From Candidatus Saccharimonadota bacterium (GTDB lineage Bacteria; Patescibacteriota; Saccharimonadia; Saccharimonadales; JACDBH01), in assembly GCA_013694995.1 (NCBI GenBank), contig JACDBH010000002.1, positions 17,425-81,424 of the forward strand: DNA of 64,000 bases. Reading direction: 5' to 3'. The notes under the pieces were generated by a model, which searched no databases, was not told the origin of the DNA, and saw only the letters and a program-made list of their open reading frames with translations. Positions 55,555-63,683 of the stretch are shown here, piece by piece. A program made the position numbers and the translations under genes. The number at the start of each line of letters is the position of its first letter. Position 1 is the stretch's first letter.

Positions 55555-56451
55555 ATGTTCCACCGCCGCCAGAGCGTACCGCGTCAGCGTCCGGACAGTA
55601 TCCGTCCCAGAGGCACTAAGGGCGTTTTTTCTTATTACAGTACCCCAAAAAGCAATGTCAGGCCGGGGAATAGAATGGAAAAGGCCATAGATAACATCGA
55701 AGTTGGGAGTAAAGCTCGTTCATTACCGGTACTAGTTGCCTTATCAGTAATAATATTAAGCATCTTAGCTAGCCTAACGGTTTCTATCCGTCCTAGTGTT
55801 AGTTTTGTCAAAGGTCAGACGGCACTTTATCGCAGCCAGTCGGATTATGAGAATGCCGCCCAAAATATATTAAGTAGGAAATTATCGAACCAAACGAAAC
55901 TTACAATCAACACCGGTAACGTAGAAGAGGAACTTGTAAACAGTTATCCGGAATTAGCAGCTGCAGCCTTTCGTCTGCCGGTTATTGGCCGCCGTGCCAA
56001 TCTTGTACTAGAGCTGAGGTTGCCGGCTATAATCCTGACTACCACTAGTAAGGCATATATACTCGACGACAGCGGGCTAATTGTAAGCGACTTGCAAAGT
56101 CTGGCAGTAGAGGCCAGAAGCGGCCTGCCGGTAGTACTGGATCAGGGAGGACTAGATCTTAAGGTTGGCGACCAGGCGGTTACAAGTGAAACGGTACGAT
56201 TTATACAAGCTATAACTGCGCAGCTTCAGGCCCAAAACCTGGTAGCTTCCCAGTTGACACTACCGGCTTCGGCCAATCAGCTCGACATCATACTTAAAGA
56301 TACTCCTTATTACATCAAAACCGACCTTTCAGGAGATGCAAGGGTGCAACTGGGCAGCTATTTAGCAGTCAAGGGCAGACTACTTAAAGATAATATTACA
56401 CCTGCCGAATATATTGACGTCAGGGTAGAGGAGAAGGTGTTCTATAAGTAA
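55555..56451 (+). CDS. ftsQ: FtsQ/DivIB-like cell division protein
   Basis: 298 aa. Basic cytoplasmic N-terminus, one TM helix, POTRA-like then beta-rich domain. Position after murG. Confidence 0.75.
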   Translation: MFHRRQSVPRQRPDSIRPRGTKGVFSYYSTPKSNVRPGNRMEKAIDNIEVGSKARSLPVLVALSVIILSILASLTVSIRPSVSFVKGQTALYRSQSDYENAAQNILSRKLSNQTKLTINTGNVEEELVNSYPELAAAAFRLPVIGRRANLVLELRLPAIILTTTSKAYILDDSGLIVSDLQSLAVEARSGLPVVLDQGGLDLKVGDQAVTSETVRFIQAITAQLQAQNLVASQLTLPASANQLDIILKDTPYYIKTDLSGDARVQLGSYLAVKGRLLKDNITPAEYIDVRVEEKVFYK

Positions 56452-56668
56452 AGGGTAGAGGGTTAAAGATAAAACGTCGTTAGTAAGCACAGCTGTACTT
56501 AAATCTAAATTCTTGGCCCAACGCCTAGAGAGCAATAAGGGTAGTGCCCCGTTACCCTGCGGGTGTTCATATTATGTTTATATTGTAGGTTGCAGTAAAA
56601 AAACATATAAAAATATAATTATATAAAAAAGCAAATATTGCAAATAGGGAAGGATAAGGTAGGGGTGT

Positions 56669-56708
56669 GGAAAAATCGTGAAAACCATATAGAAAGCAAG
56701 TTTTCACG
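56669..56708 (-). terminator. Intrinsic terminator on the minus strand inside the long spacer
   Basis: CGTGAAAAC (56677-56685) / GTTTTCACG (56700-56708), perfect 9-bp stem. On the minus strand it is followed by ATTTTTCC. Confidence 0.5.
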
Positions 56709-56836
56709 GTAAATAGCAAATACTTAGGCAATATGCTTATAAAATACTATGCAGGTGCTTAAGGCTCTAAATTAAAGTAATGTGAACCGCCTATGCAAAT
56801 AATCCTAAGTTATAAGCATAAATACTATGATAATAG

Positions 56837-56859
56837 TTAAAACTCCCCTGTAGTAGGGG
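56837..56859 (-). terminator. Weak hairpin + U-run on the minus strand downstream of the ATPase gene
   Basis: CCCCT / AGGGG 5-bp stem (56845-56859). Minus-strand tail AGTTTTAA. Confidence 0.3.
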
Positions 56860-56889
56860 TATAGTAAATCATTTACAAATGATATATAA

Positions 56890-56917
56890 GAGTCGTAAAA
56901 TATACATTGTGCGACGT
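56890..56917. other. dif-like 28-bp imperfect palindrome (11-6-11) with TGTATA/TATACA centre
   Basis: GAGTCGTAAAA-TATACA-TTGTGCGACGT. The inner 9-nt arms are complementary at 7 of 9 positions. The central hexamer equals that of E. coli dif as I recall it. Confidence 0.25.
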
Positions 56918-57014
56918 TCTTAATATACCTGCTTTCATTCCCCTAACACTTTCCTAATTACTGGCATTTACTTATTTATTTTTAATTTTTAATTCTTTTT
57001 GCCAATCACCCGCT

Positions 57015-59606
57015 CTAACGCAAGTGGATGATTTCTTCAGTTTCGTTTAAGTGCTTCGGCTGTATGTCTTTAGGTTCAGTATGTTCGTTATTTGTATGGT
57101 TCTGGGCAGCATGTTTTTTATGACGTGATCGAGTGCGTTTATGTTTGGCTGGTGGTTCAGTCTTACTATTTAGCTGAGATTCTACAGCATGGTTAATGAT
57201 AACCCGGGACAGAGTCGCTGCCTTGCCTGTTTCTTCGTGTGGGATTGGACGGTGTTCTTGTAACTGAGGCCTGACAAAGCTGCCCGGAGCTGGGCCAAGC
57301 TTTTTAGCCATGTTTTCCCTAACCCGGGCTTCGACTTCTGCACGGCTTTGGGCATAGTGTTTGCGGGACAGGGCAACAATTTCCTCGGTGTAATCCGCTT
57401 GCACTGGCGGCTGGTTTAAACTGGAACCGGAAAAAGGCGGCGACTTCTCACCATTGATTGTCATGGTACTTACGAAAAATCGATTATGAAGCTGAATCAA
57501 ATCGCCGGGTTCGAACTGCGGGGCGAAGTATTTGCTTAAGAACGAGGCATCATCGGCGCCGACGCGAAAGCTGACCATAGAGCCTACGTTACCAAAAACA
57601 GCGTCTCGGACTACCGGATCCATTTGTGAAACATACTGATTGGCGATGCTTAGATTGAGTCCGTATTTGCGGGCTTCGCTTAAAATAACTGCGAATGAAT
57701 CAGTTGCAAAGTTCTGGAATTCGTCAACATAAAGGTAGAACGGCTTACGTTCGCTCATGCCCACATTGGCCCGGCTCATGGCTGCTAACTGAATCTTAGT
57801 GACCATCAATGCTCCCAATATCGCTGCATTGTCCTCGCCTACAAGGCCCCGGCTTAAGTTAACCATCAATATCTTGCCTTCATCCATAAGTTTACGGATA
57901 CTGAAAGTGCTTTTAGGTTGTCCTACGATGTTTCTAATCATCGGGTTGGCCGTGAAGGCGCCGACTTTATTTAATACCGGTGCAACGGCTTCGGCGGCAA
58001 ACTTATCATTCCAGCTTGCGAACTCTGTCACCCAGAACGTCTTTACTACTGGATCGGTAAGGTATTTAATCACATCGTCTCTGAAGGCTTTCTCTGTCAG
58101 CATGCGGGTAATATCGAGCATAGTTGACTCGGGATAGTCTAGTAGCGCCAGGATGGTATAGCGCAGGATATACTCCAACCTTGGGCCCCAGCTATCGAAC
58201 ATGCGTTTCAAAACGCCTACTAACTCAGAGCTTATGTGATTCTTTAGGCTTTGGTCGGTGACTTCTAACGGATTAAAGCCAATCGGGAATTCCATATCGG
58301 ACGGATTAAAGTAAACCACGTCGTTTAAACGACGTTTTGGGATGAAGCGGAGCATATTTTGGGCATAATCACCGTGCGGATCAATAACACAGAAGCCCTG
58401 GTCGTAATAAATGTCGGATAAGGTCAAAAGTTCAAGCAAGCCGGTTTTGCCGGTGCCAGTCTGCCCAATAACGTAAATATGCCGGCCACGGTCGACACGG
58501 TTCATACCGAAAATTGTGTTAGTACCACGGAAGTTTGTGACACCAAAAAGGCTCAAATCCTGCTCGTTGTCGCCATCTATGACCGGTATATTGGATGGCG
58601 GTTCGGCCGTCTTGGTGGTAGCCCAGACAATATTGGGGGTTTCGACAGAAGTATGCGGCAGGTGAAATAGGCTCGCCAGCTCCTCTATATTCAATATATA
58701 TCCGCTATCGATAAAGAAACGGGCGCGATATTCGGTCAGTTTATCCATGCTAAAACTTGCTGTCTTTCCTTGGAAGCCATTCAAGTTGGTGGTATTAAAC
58801 TGCTTGAAGGCGCCGTGGATAGCCTGCATGCGCAGTTTTGCCATCTGTTGGTCGTGTCCGGCGTAAACTATCCGTATTTTTACCTGATAGCCTAATTTGA
58901 CCCCCTTCTCTTCTATGGCACGTATACGGGTCTTGTCACGCTCGCTTATTTCCGTTGCTCCACTCTTACTGCTCGCTTCAGGTGGCTTTACCAAGGCACC
59001 GAAGGCTTGACCGACAAATGCTGCCCCGGAGCCAGCAAATATGCCTCCCCCGCCCTGGATCTTACGGATCATTTTACTGCCGCGCTTATGCCAGTCATCA
59101 CTTATCGGTCGGGCCAGAATCTGAATCCAAACTTCTTCGTCAGGTTGATCGAGTTTAGCCAACGTGGCTGTTATTGCCGCCAGCGGGTCGACTTCAAAAC
59201 TCGGAAAAGTTTTAATAGGTATTGTTTCGTGGTCAGTCAGAACCAATTCGCTGGTATAGATTACAGATTGATCTAAGCTGCGGGTTGAATAATCATCCGG
59301 TTGTTCATATATCTGCACCGTTGGGTATTGGGCGTAAAGCTGGCCTTCTACGAATGGCTGTAGATGCTTGGGAGTCCAGATATAAAAGCGGATGCGTTGG
59401 CTCATAGCCACCATCTCTAATGAAATATGATCCTGCATGCCACCCTCAAACCGTACTTCCCTTTTTGTACGCAGTATTCCGTGTAAAGCCGCCAGCATCT
59501 GCTCGGCTGCCAGTTCCTTCTTATCGTTGGTGCGTGGAATCTCCAACAGGAGCAGTATGTCCCCGTTTGATTTTCTGCCGGTATTTTTAGTTCGTCGTAA
59601 TTTCAT
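57015..59606 (-). CDS. VirD4/TraG/TraD-like (type IV coupling protein family) ATPase with large N-terminal domain
   Basis: 863 aa. GQTGTGKTG Walker A, VIDPHGDY, FYLYVDEFQNF Walker B and LSIANQY motifs. About 380 aa N-terminal region with no clear TM helices. Basic C-terminal tail. Confidence 0.8.
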   Translation of the reverse strand: MKLRRTKNTGRKSNGDILLLLEIPRTNDKKELAAEQMLAALHGILRTKREVRFEGGMQDHISLEMVAMSQRIRFYIWTPKHLQPFVEGQLYAQYPTVQIYEQPDDYSTRSLDQSVIYTSELVLTDHETIPIKTFPSFEVDPLAAITATLAKLDQPDEEVWIQILARPISDDWHKRGSKMIRKIQGGGGIFAGSGAAFVGQAFGALVKPPEASSKSGATEISERDKTRIRAIEEKGVKLGYQVKIRIVYAGHDQQMAKLRMQAIHGAFKQFNTTNLNGFQGKTASFSMDKLTEYRARFFIDSGYILNIEELASLFHLPHTSVETPNIVWATTKTAEPPSNIPVIDGDNEQDLSLFGVTNFRGTNTIFGMNRVDRGRHIYVIGQTGTGKTGLLELLTLSDIYYDQGFCVIDPHGDYAQNMLRFIPKRRLNDVVYFNPSDMEFPIGFNPLEVTDQSLKNHISSELVGVLKRMFDSWGPRLEYILRYTILALLDYPESTMLDITRMLTEKAFRDDVIKYLTDPVVKTFWVTEFASWNDKFAAEAVAPVLNKVGAFTANPMIRNIVGQPKSTFSIRKLMDEGKILMVNLSRGLVGEDNAAILGALMVTKIQLAAMSRANVGMSERKPFYLYVDEFQNFATDSFAVILSEARKYGLNLSIANQYVSQMDPVVRDAVFGNVGSMVSFRVGADDASFLSKYFAPQFEPGDLIQLHNRFFVSTMTINGEKSPPFSGSSLNQPPVQADYTEEIVALSRKHYAQSRAEVEARVRENMAKKLGPAPGSFVRPQLQEHRPIPHEETGKAATLSRVIINHAVESQLNSKTEPPAKHKRTRSRHKKHAAQNHTNNEHTEPKDIQPKHLNETEEIIHLR

Positions 59607-59699
59607 AAGTCTCTATTTGCTATATGGCTGTATGCCATAAGCAATTCTCACTATATGATTATACAACTAAACAGAACCAACGAATAAGTCCGATAGTTA

Positions 59700-60749
59700 T
59701 TACTTTTCGTCTGTGAGTGAGTAGGTGGCCTTGGCGACTCGTTTAAACTGGGGTTTACCCTGTAGGTTCAAAAGGATAGTTGTCTCTTTGACATAGCGGT
59801 TCTTAAGTACACGCTTGACGATTTCGTCACGATGCAGTGGCTCGCCTGCCTTTTTTAGTACCTCGGTAATAATATCGGCGACGGTTCCCTTCTTATAGCC
59901 CCATTCTTTAAGAGCGTAGATACCACGGCCGATTAATATAAAGCGGTCATCTTTAATAAGCTCGTTATGGATAGCCTGGGTAGTGACGTCCTTGCGCTTA
60001 AAGCTTGAGTCTTTAATTGCAGCTGCAATCTCATTAAAGTGCATGTGTTTACCGTTTTCGTGCAAAATAACATAGATTTTATCGCGAATGTTCTTAGGAT
60101 TGACCATTGGCCATTTAATTAGGCCCCAGCGACCATTAAGGTTGGCAATTTGCTTGCTGATGCTAGCTAGTGCCCGGGTGTGCGCGACGCTTTTGTCTTT
60201 GACGGTCTCGGCTACTATTTCAATCCCGGCCGGTACACCGATTTTCTTAATCGCTTCAACTGTCGCTGTTACCTGATCTTTAAGGGTGTTCTTCTCATGT
60301 TCGCTGGCAATGGCTACAGCATGGTAAAAAAAGTCGTTTTCATCAAGTACGCTAAGTTTTGGGCTGAGGTTGGCTAAGAATGAGACCTGAGCTTGGTCAA
60401 TCTTGCTATTAGCTTTAGTTAAACGTGCGCTCAAGTCACTGACACGAGCAGCCATGCCTAAGCGATGTAGTTCCTGAACCAGTGTTTCCTGAAGCTTTAA
60501 AACATTAACAAAGTCACCCTTCTGAGCACTAGCCTTAAGCTTAGTTATAACTGCTTTCTCTAGCTGACGAACGCGTTCACGAGTAATACCCAAGAGTTCG
60601 CCTATTTGTTCCAATGTCTCTTTGCGGTCAAATAATCCAAAACGACGTGAAATAATTTCGCGCTCGCGCTCGCGCTCGATGGTATCAAGCACACTTCGAA
60701 CGACAGATTCGATTTGGGGTTCCGCAGCTTTAGGAGTAGTTTCGGCCAT
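59700..60749 (-). CDS. Sigma-70 region-4-like HTH fused to two HARE-HTH-like domains
   Basis: 349 aa. REREIISRRFGL..TLEQIGELLGITRERVRQLEKAVITKL is region 4.2-like. MHFNEIAAAI...DDRFILIGRGIYALKEWGY and PLHRDEIVKRVL...FKRVAKATYSL are HARE-like. Confidence 0.7.
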   Translation of the reverse strand: MAETTPKAAEPQIESVVRSVLDTIEREREREIISRRFGLFDRKETLEQIGELLGITRERVRQLEKAVITKLKASAQKGDFVNVLKLQETLVQELHRLGMAARVSDLSARLTKANSKIDQAQVSFLANLSPKLSVLDENDFFYHAVAIASEHEKNTLKDQVTATVEAIKKIGVPAGIEIVAETVKDKSVAHTRALASISKQIANLNGRWGLIKWPMVNPKNIRDKIYVILHENGKHMHFNEIAAAIKDSSFKRKDVTTQAIHNELIKDDRFILIGRGIYALKEWGYKKGTVADIITEVLKKAGEPLHRDEIVKRVLKNRYVKETTILLNLQGKPQFKRVAKATYSLTDEK

Positions 60750-61149
60750 TTGAAGGTATTTCTCGCTTTCCTGTTAGTATAAATAACACCTATGCTAATG
60801 CTATTTTAACAGCTATATTTTTAAATGTCAAACATATTTCGCCCGTGTTTTTCTATAACTTATTGTAGCATTGAATAGCCAAGTATGCACAAATTGTTTA
60901 TGGTAAATTACTAAAACACTTTTTTGCTAATCTGTAGAACCCGTGGACATCTGTTGTAAATTTGTTAAATATGATTTTTTAGTAATGCAATTTTATCCAA
61001 AGTTATGTCCTGCCCTCTCCCTCAACAAAGAAGCCTGACTTTTTCTATCTCCGGCCAAAGAACCAATGCTACTTACTATGGACAACCAGAGTGAGACAAA
61101 GCTGTTGGACTGCGTTTTTAGTGGCCTGGCTCTTATTAAAAGAAAAGAC

Positions 61150-63441
61150 TCACTTTTTCTTAGTAAACTTCCGCTTTACAAACCGTTTTTTAGCCGGCGC
61201 TTCATCCAATAACTTTTGAGCGGCCTTTTTATCCAAAGTAGTTGGGTCTATATCCTTAGGTATACGGGCATTTTTCTTGCCATCCGTAACGTACGGTCCG
61301 TAAGGACCACGGAGGATTTTAATCTTACCGAAGTCGGCGACGTTACGTTCGGCAATTTGTACCTGCTTGTCCGCAATAAGTTGCCGGGCTTCCGATTCGG
61401 TAATAGTAAATGGGCTTAAGTCTTTGATTGAAACATACATCTTTTCCACTTGGACATACGGTCCAAAGCGGCCCAGGTCTGCTGTAATTGTCTTGCCGTC
61501 AGGAGTTGTACCAACTGTTCGTGGTAGATCAAACATCGGCAGGGCTTGCTCTAAAGTAACATTGTCCATAGTGGCACCATCTGGCATCGGCGCGAAGGCC
61601 GGCTTTTCTTCTTCTGCTGTTTCGCCTCGTTGAAGCATCGGACCATATCGCCCGAAACGTACGACAATTGGCTTACCAGATTTAGGGTCGGCGCCAAGTG
61701 TCCTGGACTGGCTAGTTTCCTCACGGGTTACATCGGCGGAAGCTTTAATAAGCGGCTTAAAAGCGTCGTTATAAAATTCACTAATCATTTTATTCCATTT
61801 GGTTTTGCCGTCGGCAATGTCGTCGAATTCTTTCTCGGCCTTCACGGTAAATTCGTAGTCGACAATAGGCATAAAATACTTGGTTAAAAAGTCAGTCGTA
61901 ATTTCGGCGACTGGCGTTGGCAGTAATTTGTTCTTGTCAGCTCCTGCAGTAACGGTCTCTTTACTTTTGGTAATCTTGCTGTTTTTTAATTTGAGGCTGT
62001 TGATTTCGCGCTGCTCACCCTCCAAATCCCTTTTTTCGATATAACCGCGGTCCTGGATGGTCGAGATTGTTGGTGCGTAGGTACTAGGTCGGCCGATCCC
62101 CATCTCTTCCATGGCTCTAACTAGGGTCGCTTCAGAATAGCGAGCCGGTGCCCGGCTAAAGGTCTCGGTGGCAGTTATGCTTTCGGCTTCGACTGCCTGG
62201 CTTTGTTTGAGAAAAGGTAGCAAAGTATCGTCCTTACCCCCGCCGTATACCTTTAAAAAGCCATCGAATATTAATATTTCGCCCTTAGCTACAAATTGTT
62301 CTTTACGGTTGCTAACAGATATAACAATCTCAGTTCGATCGACTTTGGCAGGTGCCATTTGACTAGAAACCGCCCGCTGCCAGATAAGCTTGTAGAGCTT
62401 TTTCTGTTGTTCGTCATTACCTGCTGAGTTTTTACTGAAATCGGTAGGACGGATGGCTTCGTGGGCTTCTTGTGCCGAGCTGTTTTTGGTCTTATATTGC
62501 CTAACTTGATGGTAGTCTTTGCCGTAAGAACTTATAATAAATTTTTCAGCAGCTCCGATTGCCTGTCCAGACAATATGGTACTATCGGTGCGCATATAAG
62601 TTATAAGTCCGGATTCGTACAAACGCTGGGCGAGCGACATGGTCTGACGGACAGAATAACCTAAACGACGGGAAGCTTCCTGCTGCAGGGTGCTGGTTGT
62701 AAAAGGTGCCCCTGGGTTGCGGGTCCCGGGTTTTTTCTCGACGCTGATTACCTTAAATTCAGCGCCTATGCAAGCAGTAAGGAATTCTTCAGCCTTGGCA
62801 GACGAATCCGGTTTGGTATTGAGTTCGGCGGTGAAGTTCTGTTTAGATGCTAAAAAGTCACCGGTAATCCTAAAGCTACTTAAAGCGGTAAAATCTTTAA
62901 TTTCCCGCTCGCGTTCAACGATAATTCGTACAGCCACGGACTGGACCCGACCGGCGCTCAAACCCGCCCGAACCTTTTTCCATAATACAGGCGACAATTC
63001 ATAACCGACCAGCCTGTCCAGTACACGCCTGGCCTGCTGTGCGTCAACAAGCCGAAGGTCTACAGTTCGTGGCTTTTCAATCGCTGCTATAATTGCCGGC
63101 TTTGTAATTTCGTGGAATACGATCCGTTTGGTAGTTTTGGGATTAAGGCCGAGAGCAATGCATAAATGCCAGGCAATAGCTTCGCCTTCGCGGTCTTCAT
63201 CACTTGCCAGCCAGACATCATGGGTTTTAGATAACTTTTTAAGGTCACTGATAACCTTCTTTTTATCCGGTGAAATCTCATAAGTAGGCTCAAAATTCTT
63301 GGACTTATCGATACTCAAGCCTTTTTTAGGCAAATCACGTATGTGGCCAAAGCTGCTCCGGACAGTAAAATCCTTACCTAGGTATTTCTCTATCGTCTTG
63401 GCTTTAGCCGGGCTCTCTACTATTACTAAGTTCTTACTCAT
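61150..63441 (-). CDS. topA: DNA topoisomerase I (Cys-less C-terminal repeats)
   Basis: 763 aa. TOPRIM LVIVESPAKAKTIEKYLG and active-site GLITYMRTDS. C-terminal GRYGPM/GRFGPY/GPYGPY repeats and a Lys tail. Confidence 0.96.
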   Translation of the reverse strand: MSKNLVIVESPAKAKTIEKYLGKDFTVRSSFGHIRDLPKKGLSIDKSKNFEPTYEISPDKKKVISDLKKLSKTHDVWLASDEDREGEAIAWHLCIALGLNPKTTKRIVFHEITKPAIIAAIEKPRTVDLRLVDAQQARRVLDRLVGYELSPVLWKKVRAGLSAGRVQSVAVRIIVEREREIKDFTALSSFRITGDFLASKQNFTAELNTKPDSSAKAEEFLTACIGAEFKVISVEKKPGTRNPGAPFTTSTLQQEASRRLGYSVRQTMSLAQRLYESGLITYMRTDSTILSGQAIGAAEKFIISSYGKDYHQVRQYKTKNSSAQEAHEAIRPTDFSKNSAGNDEQQKKLYKLIWQRAVSSQMAPAKVDRTEIVISVSNRKEQFVAKGEILIFDGFLKVYGGGKDDTLLPFLKQSQAVEAESITATETFSRAPARYSEATLVRAMEEMGIGRPSTYAPTISTIQDRGYIEKRDLEGEQREINSLKLKNSKITKSKETVTAGADKNKLLPTPVAEITTDFLTKYFMPIVDYEFTVKAEKEFDDIADGKTKWNKMISEFYNDAFKPLIKASADVTREETSQSRTLGADPKSGKPIVVRFGRYGPMLQRGETAEEEKPAFAPMPDGATMDNVTLEQALPMFDLPRTVGTTPDGKTITADLGRFGPYVQVEKMYVSIKDLSPFTITESEARQLIADKQVQIAERNVADFGKIKILRGPYGPYVTDGKKNARIPKDIDPTTLDKKAAQKLLDEAPAKKRFVKRKFTKKK

Positions 63442-63454
63442 GCTTATGTTTTAC

Positions 63455-63469
63455 TAGTCTACCAGACTA
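63455..63469. promoter_or_regulatory. 15-bp palindrome TAGTCTaccAGACTA overlapping the likely topA -10
   Basis: Perfect 6-bp arms. Minus-strand TAGACT lies 14 nt upstream of the topA ATG. Confidence 0.3.
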
Positions 63470-63560
63470 ATTAATTTTCCTCGTAGGGCAATCAGTACCC
63501 TACGTGATTTTTATTACATTCGCAAGCATTTCATACTTTTCGTTCTTTTGAACTCTTCAG

Positions 63561-63578
63561 AACGATTGCGCAATCGTT
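63561..63578. promoter_or_regulatory. Perfect 18-bp palindrome AACGATTGCGCAATCGTT upstream of topA
   Basis: Reads identically on both strands. Lies about 120 bp upstream of the topA start in the spacer to the next minus-strand gene. Confidence 0.35.
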
Positions 63579-63683
63579 TAAGTATGTAAGCGCTGGAAAG
63601 AAAATGTGTTGTTCCTGAGCCGGAAAGGTTTGCAATGGTTCCCCACTACACATCTTTACCCTTCCGGCTTTGCCTTCCATTCG

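Noticed and set aside
56666-56674. DnaA-box-like 9-mers with one mismatch (TGTGGAAAA at 56666; TTATCCAAA at 60993), plus the perfect box at 47996. Could one of the AT-rich spacers be oriC?
   Set aside because: They are single, dispersed boxes with no cluster and no dnaA/dnaN nearby. Gene orientation converges rather than diverges at 56.5 kb, which fits a terminus, not an origin.
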